Part shown: piece after piece, positions 26,342 through 36,496 of the stretch
Layout of the letters: each line of letters opens with the position of its first letter
How positions within the stretch are numbered: the stretch's first letter is position 1
Virus record (IMG/VR): IMGVR_UViG_3300028561_000007
Location: 2,815-66,814 of that record
From: a virus
Taxonomy: Duplodnaviria > Caudoviricetes
Strand: one strand, 5' to 3'
Length of the DNA stretch: 64,000 bases
The notes under the pieces: model-generated
Seen by the model: only the letters and a program-made list of their open reading frames with translations
Told to the model about the DNA's origin: nothing
Databases searched by the model: none
Translations under genes and position numbers: made by a program

Positions 26342-27370
26342 ATGAGTACCAAAACGGCAGTTGTTGTTACTTCAATTTCACCTCCAAATTCGGTTCTTAA
26401 ATCAATAAGTAAAGTTTGTGATTGTAATAATTTTCGTTTTATTTTAATAGGAGATGTTAATAGTCCATCTGATTTTAAATTAGAAAATTGTGAATTTTAT
26501 AGTATTGAGGCACAAAAAAAATTACAATTTCAATTATCGCAAAAATGCCCACTAAGACACTATTCTCGTAAAAATATCGGATATCTTCTTGCTATTAAAG
26601 AAGGGGCTCAAATAATTCTTGAAACAGATGATGATAATTTCCCATTATCTAATTATGGTTTCTTATATCAACCTTATGTATTTGGACATATTATTCATAA
26701 TTTTGGGTGGGTTAATGTGTATTCTTATTTTACAGAACCACAAACAATTATATGGCCTAGAGGGTTCTCTTTATATCATACTAAAAACACACCTCCAGAT
26801 ATTTCTTTACTACCTGTAAAATCTGTTTTTTGTCCAATTCGACAAGGATTAGTTCTTGGCAATCCAGATGTTGACGCTTTATGGAGGTTGATATTTAATA
26901 ATTCTGATTCATTTGAATTTCAACAAAGTCAATGGGTTTTAATTCTTAAAGAAAATTCATGGTGTCCATTTAATAGTCAAAATACAACATGGCTTCCAAA
27001 AGCATACCCACTTTTATATTTACCTTCTTATTGTTCTTTCCGAATGACTGATATTTGGAGGAGTTTTATTGCACAACGTATTATATGGACTTGTGATTGG
27101 GGGGTTGCATTCCATGAACCTACTGTAAATCAACAACGAAATAAACATGATTTAATGAAAGATTTTGAAGAAGAAGTGCCCGGATACAAGTGGAATCATA
27201 AAATTTGTGAAGAATTACAATTACTTCCTTTACGATCTGGAGAAAATTTTATTATAGAAAATCTTCAACAATGCTATGACATGATGGTATCTAAAGGATA
27301 TTTTCCGAAGGAAGAATTAAAACTATTAAACGCCTGGATAGCAGATCTGTCTGAAATTCAGGATAGTTAA
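26342..27370 (+). CDS. STELLO/DUF288-like glycosyltransferase
   Basis: VVVTSIS, IGD..SP, YSRKNIGYLLAI, ETDDDN, PFNSQNT, FRMTDIWRS and RNKHDLMKDFEEE motifs. Confidence 0.85.
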   Translation: MSTKTAVVVTSISPPNSVLKSISKVCDCNNFRFILIGDVNSPSDFKLENCEFYSIEAQKKLQFQLSQKCPLRHYSRKNIGYLLAIKEGAQIILETDDDNFPLSNYGFLYQPYVFGHIIHNFGWVNVYSYFTEPQTIIWPRGFSLYHTKNTPPDISLLPVKSVFCPIRQGLVLGNPDVDALWRLIFNNSDSFEFQQSQWVLILKENSWCPFNSQNTTWLPKAYPLLYLPSYCSFRMTDIWRSFIAQRIIWTCDWGVAFHEPTVNQQRNKHDLMKDFEEEVPGYKWNHKICEELQLLPLRSGENFIIENLQQCYDMMVSKGYFPKEELKLLNAWIADLSEIQDS

Positions 27371-27471
27371 AGAAAGGGATAGGTGATGCCTATGATTGAG
27401 TGACAGGATAGCATAAATACCGTGCAATCCTGGCTTTCACAAAATATTGTTTAAGTTGTGTTTGAAAAAAT

Positions 27472-27558
27472 TCCCGTTCTTTTAGAAATAAAGGAACGGG
27501 ATTTATATAAAACCGATGGTAGTGGTTAGGGAAAACTAAAAAACTTTACTACCATCGG
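27472..27558. terminator. Two hairpins at the convergence of the + and - transcription arms
   Basis: TCCCGTTCTTT/AAAGGAACGGGA (27472-27501) and CCGATGGTAGT/ACTACCATCGG (27513-27558). Confidence 0.6.
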
Positions 27559-27602
27559 CAAGGGAAGGGAATGAAATTTCTATATTATTTCATAATTTAT
27601 AA

Positions 27603-30600
27603 TTAAAAATATGGGAACACTCTACCATCTTGAACAACTTCGTATTGATTGTTATTATAGAATACATCCCAACTTGAATCTTCAAAAACAACATGCCATG
27701 AATAATAAAAACCAGGATCACCACAGTAAAACTTGATTTTAGCACCTACATAGGTGTTAATAATATGCGGAAAACTTGTTATCTCTTCATCGTCTACATA
27801 TATATTAGTATATCCATTATTTTCAACCGTTATTGTTGCTGGTACTTTTGGCTTCTTAACTGTTATAGTTGTATGCCCTGTTATACCAAAAGCCAACGGA
27901 TTATCTTCTTCATCACCATCAGGTGTTATCCAATAACCGAAGTCATCATCTTCACATAAGATTGATATTTCTTGACCATCATAACAATCTTGGGCATGAG
28001 GAAACGTTGTGATAGGAGTACCATTTATACTTATATCATCTAAGTCTTCTGGATTCTCTAATGTTAATGTATAAATAGCAGGTATATTATTTGTGATTTC
28101 CGAAATCAATCCTACCTTTTTAGTAGTTTTGTTACGGAACTGCATCTGATATATCATAGGGCTATTTTCTGTTACAGTAGCACCTCCTATATAGAAGTGA
28201 TTCGGAGAATCAATACCTCCTTGAGGAGTAATATGTGAAGCACCATAGTTATATAGTAGAGACCATTCTATGTGCCAACGTAGTAATTTATATTCTACTT
28301 GATTCTTACATAAAGGGGCGTCTGACCAAACGTGATCAAACCACACATCATTTAATTTTACTTTTTGAGTCTGTATCCTAGGTTTTAAAGGAAACATAGG
28401 TAACACACCCAAGTCTATATTCTCCGGATCAGACGGTATGCCATAGTTGTCCGCAGGACTGCCTCTGGATTCTGCGTTGTCTTTACTATTTACTGTTACT
28501 GTCCAACTACCAATATCATCATCATAGGCCGCCCAAGAATCTTCAAAACCACCAGCAACATCACCGACATCCATATCTAATGTCCAATCGTAATATCGTG
28601 TAAACAACTGGACATCCATTTTATCAGACAGATCTCCACCCTCAAAATCAAAAATATATTCTACTTCATTCTCTAACCCTTCCAAATCTTCCATATAAAC
28701 AGATTCACACCGTATTTTATATATAGGTACATAATTACTCCAAGTCCTTAATGGATCATCATAAAAGCCAGGTTCATCGAAGAATGGATAATCTATATAA
28801 CCTCCTGGGAAATTACTATCATATAACACTGGTTTCTCAAAGAACTCATTATTAACTAAAGGCGGTCTCGTATCTATACCAAAAGGGTCAATAATTCTAT
28901 AGTCTGCTCTTTCGTATGTCCGTTTCCAGATTTCATCACTGAATCTATCCCAATGGAATTTGATGATCCAAGAAGAAAGTTGTCCTTGATTTAACGGGCC
29001 TTGAATTCCAATATTCGCATTGTTAATATATATTTCAAGATTTTCATATCCTCCATCATTAAAGTAATTTTCAAATACATAATTATGAATATCATGTGCT
29101 TCTGAAAATCGCACAATTTTAGTAGTATTGCTTTCAAGATAAACTGGAAGATAAAGATAATATCTTGCTTCCCCTAAATTGTAATAAGTTGAATCTGGTC
29201 CTGGGATATTTATAGATATAGGATTTCTAAGACCAGATATTTGTAAAGTGCAAGGTGAATAAACATAATTTTCTTGCAAATTTCTTATAACTCTCATCAA
29301 TAATAACAATTCAATAACATTTTTATCATAAAACAATCCAGAAGTAAAAATCAATGCTGATTGAGCAAAAGTCGTAGCACAATACCAATAAGGGTCATAA
29401 GGAGGTACAGTCCTAATGGCTTGAGCACAAGACCCATTATATCCAACTCCACCTATACCTAAAGCCGCTGCATTCCAAGTTGTAGGATCAGCCAAATCAA
29501 TTCCATTTTCCGTTTTCAAACGAGCAATATCAGCCGCTAAGTAAGCCGCTGAACCGGCAATCGCCGCGGCTTTTGAATTGTACTTTTCAGGCGAATTTCC
29601 ATTGGCATAAAAGGATTTTATAACAACACCTATATCATCTAATCCAATACCTCGATATTCAAGAGAATCCAAAACTTTACGACAATGATTCAAAATTAGA
29701 TATACTCGATTTAGATATACATTTGTATCATTGATTTTCCAATCCGGTCCATGATTGGCGACCAAATCCTCACCATCATATTGTCCAGCATCTGGGGCGG
29801 ACATTCTGTGATGACCTGGCATAAAACAAGGTTGTTGTTGTGGGTCTGCATCATAATCATACCATGAATAGTCGCCATAATCATGGCAATCTGGATCTGT
29901 CAAATCACCACCACGCATCTTATCTTCACGAACATATCCTAAAGAGTATTTCCATGTTCGCCGCCATGTACCCACAGGTCTTGGCCATATAGCATCGGCA
30001 ACTCCTCCTACTTTTGCTTTTGCCTCACCTTGATTATTAAATGTTTTACCATTGATAGTAACAGGAAAAGTCCAAGTAGCAAAATTAGTTTCAGCATAGA
30101 ATTTGCCTTTGACCTTTAATATTGACTCCGACATATAAGGCGTAACATCATCATAATACCAATCATAATAAGATGAACCTAATTTTTTTAATATCAACTC
30201 AAAAGCACTACTGTTTTCTCCCCATAACTCATCATTAAGAAGTGCGTATTTCGGCATAGACACATCATATTCAGGCTTATAAGCACCAATACCCAAATCA
30301 GAATAAGCATATTGGTATGTCCTACTAGTAACATCACCATATAGCCATAATTCTAAATTTGAATCTAAAGTTTCATTACCCCAAGAAGGATGTTTCATCT
30401 TGAACCAGTTCTCTTTATAATCATTATCAACCTCCATGCACCATCCTTCAGCCTCACAAGCCAATTCAACCATATTTTGGATTGCTGGATCATATTTTGT
30501 ATCTTCCCACCACTCGACTGGGGATTGATTACTATTATTTTTTAACGGAGGTATAATGCCATAACGAACAGCCAATGCACCAGCAGAACTGATTTGGTAA

Positions 30601-31844
30601 ATACCAGATCGAATATATTGCCTGTCATTCCCAACCCCAACCCAACTTTCTCCTTTGAAACCATCAAAATCAACAGGATTGATAGCACCTAACTTTGCAG
30701 GATTCGTGATTTGTTTTGCTTTTATAGGAACTTTACTACCATATTTCCAACGTATAGATTTCGTGTTTCTACCATAATACGGTGGGACTTGTTCTTTAGG
30801 ATCAACTTGTTCTGGCAAATAATCTTTTGCCTCAAATATTGCAAAATTAAGTGTGTATGTCAAATCTTTAGTAGAATCTGCTTTTATAACATAACGATGG
30901 CTGTTATTGTCGTATGTATGATATAGACTATCATTGACTGTTCGCACCCAGTCATTATTAAAATCTATCGCTAATTGCCCTCCTGAAGGCGGGCGTCCGT
31001 CAAGCGGGCCACGAACATGATCCTCATAACGATGGTACATATCTTTATCTGTCCACCATCTACCTCTACTAGCACCAACATATTTATAATCATCAAGAAC
31101 AGAGAATAACCCTTCTGGATCATTACTATCTTCGTAGTTCATATGCGTAGCAAGAACATTACCTTGCATACCACGTAATGTCCACCAATCACCGCCGAAA
31201 TTACAAACCATTGTTCCTGAAGAACATGCAGATAATTGTACTTGATTACCGTCTTTATCACATGCTTTCACATAAAGGGTAGAACCATCTAATCGTTTTG
31301 AGTAGACTCTATAAAAACCATTATTAAGCGGGTTATCACAATCTGTTATAACGAATGGAGTGCCTTTCCTCCAGTTGTCATCTTCAATATACCAAGTTTT
31401 GCTAACAGGTGTGAGTGTTGGGGCAGTATTGCTATCATAAATACAATCTTTAGTTATCGGACTACAACCACTTATTACAAACTCACCTTTCTCATCTTCA
31501 GAAAACTCGACATCACTAATCGTAGAAGAAAAATTATCTTCAAACCATACTATTGCTCTACCAGGATAAGTAGAAAAATTTGGTTCTTGAACTGATTTTA
31601 CTGTCCAAACACCAGATTGTATTGCATAATCATACGATTGCATCCAATCTTCAAATGCTATAGCATAACGGGCTGGATGCGAAGCATCACGAGGGCCATA
31701 TTCCGTGCCTTCTGGCCTCCCATGATTGAGTTGCGTAGCAATAGCAATTTGTCTGCGAATATCTTCAGCAAACAAATGACAAATGGCCTGCTTTTTCTCA
31801 ATCGGCCAATCTGACTGCAACCACGGAAATTTTTTTTTAGACAT
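27603..31844 (-). CDS. Large tail/baseplate protein (1413 aa), probable tail tip or receptor-binding protein
   Basis: Last gene of the tail module; Trp/Asp/Tyr-rich, with two short C-terminal beta-sandwich-like repeats (ING/VD..ITTFPH / ITSFPH). Confidence 0.6.
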   Translation of the reverse strand: MSKKKFPWLQSDWPIEKKQAICHLFAEDIRRQIAIATQLNHGRPEGTEYGPRDASHPARYAIAFEDWMQSYDYAIQSGVWTVKSVQEPNFSTYPGRAIVWFEDNFSSTISDVEFSEDEKGEFVISGCSPITKDCIYDSNTAPTLTPVSKTWYIEDDNWRKGTPFVITDCDNPLNNGFYRVYSKRLDGSTLYVKACDKDGNQVQLSACSSGTMVCNFGGDWWTLRGMQGNVLATHMNYEDSNDPEGLFSVLDDYKYVGASRGRWWTDKDMYHRYEDHVRGPLDGRPPSGGQLAIDFNNDWVRTVNDSLYHTYDNNSHRYVIKADSTKDLTYTLNFAIFEAKDYLPEQVDPKEQVPPYYGRNTKSIRWKYGSKVPIKAKQITNPAKLGAINPVDFDGFKGESWVGVGNDRQYIRSGIYQISSAGALAVRYGIIPPLKNNSNQSPVEWWEDTKYDPAIQNMVELACEAEGWCMEVDNDYKENWFKMKHPSWGNETLDSNLELWLYGDVTSRTYQYAYSDLGIGAYKPEYDVSMPKYALLNDELWGENSSAFELILKKLGSSYYDWYYDDVTPYMSESILKVKGKFYAETNFATWTFPVTINGKTFNNQGEAKAKVGGVADAIWPRPVGTWRRTWKYSLGYVREDKMRGGDLTDPDCHDYGDYSWYDYDADPQQQPCFMPGHHRMSAPDAGQYDGEDLVANHGPDWKINDTNVYLNRVYLILNHCRKVLDSLEYRGIGLDDIGVVIKSFYANGNSPEKYNSKAAAIAGSAAYLAADIARLKTENGIDLADPTTWNAAALGIGGVGYNGSCAQAIRTVPPYDPYWYCATTFAQSALIFTSGLFYDKNVIELLLLMRVIRNLQENYVYSPCTLQISGLRNPISINIPGPDSTYYNLGEARYYLYLPVYLESNTTKIVRFSEAHDIHNYVFENYFNDGGYENLEIYINNANIGIQGPLNQGQLSSWIIKFHWDRFSDEIWKRTYERADYRIIDPFGIDTRPPLVNNEFFEKPVLYDSNFPGGYIDYPFFDEPGFYDDPLRTWSNYVPIYKIRCESVYMEDLEGLENEVEYIFDFEGGDLSDKMDVQLFTRYYDWTLDMDVGDVAGGFEDSWAAYDDDIGSWTVTVNSKDNAESRGSPADNYGIPSDPENIDLGVLPMFPLKPRIQTQKVKLNDVWFDHVWSDAPLCKNQVEYKLLRWHIEWSLLYNYGASHITPQGGIDSPNHFYIGGATVTENSPMIYQMQFRNKTTKKVGLISEITNNIPAIYTLTLENPEDLDDISINGTPITTFPHAQDCYDGQEISILCEDDDFGYWITPDGDEEDNPLAFGITGHTTITVKKPKVPATITVENNGYTNIYVDDEEITSFPHIINTYVGAKIKFYCGDPGFYYSWHVVFEDSSWDVFYNNNQYEVVQDGRVFPYF

Positions 31845-31950
31845 TTAATTTCCCAATAAAAACCCGCCGCCCAGCAAATTGCCAAAACACAATCCAACCA
31901 TCATCAAATAGGTAAATATCAGTTGTCTCATGGAACTATCCTTTCTTTTA

Positions 31951-32706
31951 TTAAATCCACACTGCTTGAACTGTTTTATTTTCTTCTTTGTATCGTAAAG
32001 ACGCCTCATCCTCCGGCCCTGCATAAAACATTGGCATATTCAAATACCAATATTCTTTAGCTGGAGAATCCCCTCTCTGATCGTCCCATACAGAAACAAT
32101 TTCAACAATCGAACCTATTGGATACCAAGGCACCCAATTTCTTATATCTTTAGCATCAACGCCATATCCTTCATACCCAAGAGCCCGTTCAATTTCAATG
32201 TCTTTTCCGTCTGGACTCCATTCATTACTAATTACAGATACTTTTTGAACAACATATTTTGCTCTTGAAGGAGTATCATATTTAGGAGGCAAAAAAACCA
32301 TTGCATACTGTCTTTTTGTTTCTCCTCCTCCACCAGGAGAAAATGCCCACCATCTTCCTCCTACAAATAAACAATATACATAATCACTAGAATTATAATC
32401 GCTTTGAGAAAAAGAAGGATGAGGCCATATATGTACATTCTTTCCTAACCCTCCGTCTTTCCAATCACTAAGAGAACTTACCCATACTTTATTATCCGCT
32501 AACATATATCCATCAGAACCAGACGGATTTGTTTCAGATATTAAAAAAACTCGAACCCCTACACCGCTACTCCCTTTCCTCCATACCATTCGTTTCATTA
32601 TTTCATTATAATTCACCTGCGGATTCTTATTCTCTTGAATCCGCATAAATTTTTCTACGACCTGTATCCTATGATAGGCCTGTGTCATTTCTTGTCTAGA
32701 AATCAT
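31951..32706 (-). CDS. Putative minor tail protein
   Basis: Position downstream of the tape measure and distal-tail candidate; no diagnostic motif. Confidence 0.5.
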   Translation of the reverse strand: MISRQEMTQAYHRIQVVEKFMRIQENKNPQVNYNEIMKRMVWRKGSSGVGVRVFLISETNPSGSDGYMLADNKVWVSSLSDWKDGGLGKNVHIWPHPSFSQSDYNSSDYVYCLFVGGRWWAFSPGGGGETKRQYAMVFLPPKYDTPSRAKYVVQKVSVISNEWSPDGKDIEIERALGYEGYGVDAKDIRNWVPWYPIGSIVEIVSVWDDQRGDSPAKEYWYLNMPMFYAGPEDEASLRYKEENKTVQAVWI

Positions 32707-32723
32707 AATGCACCTATCATAAA

Positions 32724-33533
32724 CTACATACTGCTTATTAAAGTATTAAAATTAGCCTCTGGATAATTCATTTTCATTTTTATTGTATTTTCTCCCCATG
32801 TATCTGGAGGAGGAGGCTTTCCAGTGCCCGGATCTATATAAATCCAAGTATCTGTCCAACCCGGATAAGTAACATTATCTCTTACAAACGACTGTCTTTT
32901 TCTAAACGTAATAGAAACTAAATATCCTCCATTTACTCTATCATTACGTCCTTTTATTTCTGTACATAACCAGGAACCTGCTGGCGCAGAACTGTCTATA
33001 GTCCACCCAGTTGAATTTACATGATTTTGATAATTGTCTATCAATGATAATAAACCACTGCCAGTAATTAACATTCTTTTTCTAACTGTAAATACTTTAT
33101 CTGGCACTAACCGATTATACACAACGCCTTGCACATCCGTTAAACCTGCGTATTTTTCATCTGGATAGTCAGCCGGATATGTGTATTCTACCCATATATC
33201 ATTACCATCAATATCCGTATTACTCTCTACCGGCACCGCGTCTGCCGACATTTCATATTCATCTCCAGTATATGGATTTGGTCTATATTCCAAAGATAAT
33301 ACAACAATATTACTATCTATAATCTTCGGCGATATTTCTTTAAGATAGGTAAGTGGATATACTGGATGAACATCCCCTAAAGCAGGTATTCCTATTGTAC
33401 TTGTTATGGCATTTTTTATTTTTTCTTGTCCGTCTCCAGATAATTCTTCAACATAAATGGTTCTAGTTACAAACCATCCTTCCATTGTTCTCCGTACATC
33501 GCTACCTTCTATTAAATCAGTAATAACTCCCAT
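32724..33533 (-). CDS. Putative distal tail / hub protein
   Basis: Immediately follows the tape measure gene; beta-rich. Confidence 0.5.
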   Translation of the reverse strand: MGVITDLIEGSDVRRTMEGWFVTRTIYVEELSGDGQEKIKNAITSTIGIPALGDVHPVYPLTYLKEISPKIIDSNIVVLSLEYRPNPYTGDEYEMSADAVPVESNTDIDGNDIWVEYTYPADYPDEKYAGLTDVQGVVYNRLVPDKVFTVRKRMLITGSGLLSLIDNYQNHVNSTGWTIDSSAPAGSWLCTEIKGRNDRVNGGYLVSITFRKRQSFVRDNVTYPGWTDTWIYIDPGTGKPPPPDTWGENTIKMKMNYPEANFNTLISSM

Positions 33534-33545
33534 AATAACTACTCC

Positions 33546-35345
33546 TTAATTAAAAGTAGGAGAAATGGATTCCCTTGTATTTCTTTCTATCTTTTCCAAA
33601 ATAGCGTTCATTCTTTCCTGCTTTAATACCATTTCATCTATACCGCTTATAGACATACCGCTAATAGACTGATATCCTGATACATACCGGGCTTCTCCTC
33701 CGGTTATTTTTTCATCTTTTTTCTTATCTTTTTCTAATTTTTTCATCATTTCTTCATATTCTTTTTGATACGCTTTTTGCGCTTCTTCTTGTGTTAAATA
33801 TCCTTTCTTTACCGCTTCTGTTAATTGTTTTTGAAACTCAATAAAACTTTCCTGAGGCGTTTTTATAGATTCCTTAACTCGTTTTGAAAAAGCAATAACA
33901 TCCTTATCCATCTCCTCAATCATATCTTGTCTTGCTTTTTGTGTAATCCGAACGCCTTCTACCTGAGTTAAAATACCTTTTGATACAGATTCATTCACTT
34001 TCTTTATTGTTTCATTCATTTTTTCCATAGGCGTCTGTACAGAACTAATTGCGCTTCTTGCCCATTGTCTTAATGCTTCATCATGCAATCGAGTTACTCG
34101 TATATTTTCTTCCCTTTGCTTTTTTTCTTCTTTTAATTTTTCTATTTCTTCCGTCAATTTTCTTATATTTTCTATTTGAGCGTCTGTTGCGCCTAATAAA
34201 GTAGCATTATATATAGCCAATTCTGTTTCTGATTTAGATAAAGCATTTCTTTGTTCTTCTAATGCTTTAATCATGTCCAAAATAGGTTTTTCTTTTATTT
34301 TCCTTATTTTTTCATTATATAATTCTGTTTCCTCGTTAATCAATTTTTGTATAGAATGAACATCCTGTAAACCACTTTTTAACGTATTTATCTGATTATC
34401 TATTTTACCTTCTCTTATTTTATCAAAAAGTCCCGGCCCTATATCAACACCAGACATTCCAGTATAAGCACCATATTGTAAATTATTTCTTTCTTGGATT
34501 AGTTTCTTTTCCTGTTCTAAATCACTAATCCTCATTTTAATAGATGTATTTACATCTTCAGACGCTTTAAGGTCGTCTTGTAGTTGTTGTATCCTTTCCT
34601 CATGCGCTTGTTTTTCTGCGATTATTTCTTTTTCTATCCAGCTATCAGCCGATGCAAGTTCTTTTCTATTAGAAAAATCTTTTATTTTATTTCTTATGTT
34701 TTCTATAGCCGCTATTTTATTTTGAGTTATTTCTAATTGTTCATTTACACCAGTAATTTCCCACAATAAATTCTTAAATATTTCTGCCATTCCTCCTATA
34801 AATGGCAATGCCCTAACATACGCATAAAACGGATCTCCGCCTTCTCTTATGGCTTTATGTGCTTCTGTAACACCTCTTAAAGTACTTGTTAATGTATAAA
34901 GAACTCCAGCCGCTCTCATATATGAACGAACAACGGCAAAACTAGCCATTGGACTATAAGATTCTTGATACCTCCTCTCTATTTCTGCTCGTTTAGCGGC
35001 TTCTGTTTCATGAATAAGAGTAAGCATCTCCTGATGTTCTTTGAATTGCTGTCTTAATGAATCATAATAAATTTGATTATTTCTTAATTCAATTTCTTTT
35101 CTAGAATGAGTAGCCGCATAATATTCTTCTTCTAATCGAGCCCTTACTTCCATTTGTTCTTTTATTTGATTTGATGTGTCTTGCCCAATAGAATTAAATT
35201 GAGCGTTAATTCTGCCTTGAATGGCAGTTATTTCTTTTTCAAACTGATCCATCCTTTCAATGGCAGATTTAACTTCTCTTTGCCAGCCAGAACCATCCCC
35301 ACTGATCTGTACTGTTACATTACCGGCACTTATATTTTGACTCAT
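33546..35345 (-). CDS. Tail tape measure protein
   Basis: NISAGNVTVQISGD start, long helical coiled coil, TPMEK/TPQE repeats; follows the chaperone pair. Confidence 0.8.
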   Translation of the reverse strand: MSQNISAGNVTVQISGDGSGWQREVKSAIERMDQFEKEITAIQGRINAQFNSIGQDTSNQIKEQMEVRARLEEEYYAATHSRKEIELRNNQIYYDSLRQQFKEHQEMLTLIHETEAAKRAEIERRYQESYSPMASFAVVRSYMRAAGVLYTLTSTLRGVTEAHKAIREGGDPFYAYVRALPFIGGMAEIFKNLLWEITGVNEQLEITQNKIAAIENIRNKIKDFSNRKELASADSWIEKEIIAEKQAHEERIQQLQDDLKASEDVNTSIKMRISDLEQEKKLIQERNNLQYGAYTGMSGVDIGPGLFDKIREGKIDNQINTLKSGLQDVHSIQKLINEETELYNEKIRKIKEKPILDMIKALEEQRNALSKSETELAIYNATLLGATDAQIENIRKLTEEIEKLKEEKKQREENIRVTRLHDEALRQWARSAISSVQTPMEKMNETIKKVNESVSKGILTQVEGVRITQKARQDMIEEMDKDVIAFSKRVKESIKTPQESFIEFQKQLTEAVKKGYLTQEEAQKAYQKEYEEMMKKLEKDKKKDEKITGGEARYVSGYQSISGMSISGIDEMVLKQERMNAILEKIERNTRESISPTFN

Positions 35346-35694
35346 GATTTATTCTCTTTTTTTATTTCTTTTTCATATTCTAATCCCATAGCCGCAAACC
35401 AGCATTTTTTACTAAATTCCATAGTACTTTTAACTGGTTTTACGACTTTTTTTACTATTTTAGGAATGAAATCTTCCCATTGTATTTTATGTGGGTGCTT
35501 TGCATATTGCCTTCGTATTTCCGCACAAACATTCCCAAAATAATAATCTTCTTTTGTAGTCCTTTCCTCCTCTTTTTCTAAAAACGCCATCCACATTTCA
35601 AATTCTCTGGACGTCGTTTTTTTTCTAACTTCCTGAATTGGTAAATGAAGGTGAGACGCTAGTCGAAACCACCAGTACGTCTCACCTTTTATCC
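35342..35694 (-). CDS. Tail assembly chaperone GT extension (-1 frameshift frame)
   Basis: The frame containing MWMAFLE is open back to the slippery site: RIKGETYWWFRLASHLHLPIQEVRKKTTSREFEMWMAFL. Confidence 0.8.
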
Positions 35695-35701
35695 GTTTTT
35701 T
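35650..35701 (-). promoter_or_regulatory. Programmed -1 ribosomal frameshift signal
   Basis: A AAA AAC heptamer (35701-35695), followed 8 nt later by a 9-bp stem GGTGAGACG/CGTCTCACC (35686-35650). Confidence 0.8.
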
Positions 35702-36045
35702 ACTTCTTCTCTGCTTTCATCAAAGCCATTTAATCGTCTGGCTTCTTTTTTCAATTCTTCTAATACTCTAGACGGATATGTAAATAACTCCTCTATTTTT
35801 ACCAATTCATCTTTTTCATCATATAAACAAAAGGACAATAAAAGCACATCCATCTTTTCATATGACAAAATCTTCTTAATACTTCCATTTTCCGACATTT
35901 CAAATAATGCCGAAGACTCATTAGTGTACTTTCCTCTTTTTTCTCCATCCATTTCTATTAATTTATATTTTTTTACTTTCCCGTCTTTTCCAACCAACTC
36001 TACAGGAACACTTTCTAACGTTAAATTCATTCTTAACGTTTTCAT
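35689..36045 (-). CDS. Tail assembly chaperone G
   Basis: Between tail tube and tape measure; ends at the slippery site. Confidence 0.8.
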   Translation of the reverse strand: MKTLRMNLTLESVPVELVGKDGKVKKYKLIEMDGEKRGKYTNESSALFEMSENGSIKKILSYEKMDVLLLSFCLYDEKDELVKIEELFTYPSRVLEELKKEARRLNGFDESREEVKNG

Positions 36046-36070
36046 ATTTCATCCTTTCCCTTAATTAAAA

Positions 36071-36496
36071 TTAAGAATTAGAATATTGAGGAGAAGTTTC
36101 TTCACCACTGCCATTTTGATTAGAAGGAATAATAGTACAATCTGCTTCTGGTTGTGCGCCTTCTACAATTTCTCCAGGCTTAAAGGAATCAACCCACCCC
36201 CAAAAAGTCAATTTAGAACCATCTGCCCATGTAATAACAATTTGCTGATTTACATTGATAAGATTCACAATCTTATCATATATTTCCGGATCATAAGCGA
36301 CCCTAAGAGTCATAGGCGACATGGTTTTCAATTTCTTTGGGGATTTTGTCCTCCAATTTGTATTGTGCATAGTAGTAGTGTCATTTTCACCGCCGCCTTC
36401 TACACCGGGAGGAGTAACTCCTTTTTCCCAAAAGAAAGCGGCTGAACTTCCCACTCCAATAGTCACTAATGTGCTAAAACCATCGTCTATTCTCAT
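36071..36496 (-). CDS. Major tail (tube) protein
   Basis: VTPPGVEGG..DTTTMHN..LKTMSPMTLRVAYDP..ITWADGSKLTFWGWV; position in the module. Confidence 0.8.
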   Translation of the reverse strand: MRIDDGFSTLVTIGVGSSAAFFWEKGVTPPGVEGGGENDTTTMHNTNWRTKSPKKLKTMSPMTLRVAYDPEIYDKIVNLINVNQQIVITWADGSKLTFWGWVDSFKPGEIVEGAQPEADCTIIPSNQNGSGEETSPQYSNS

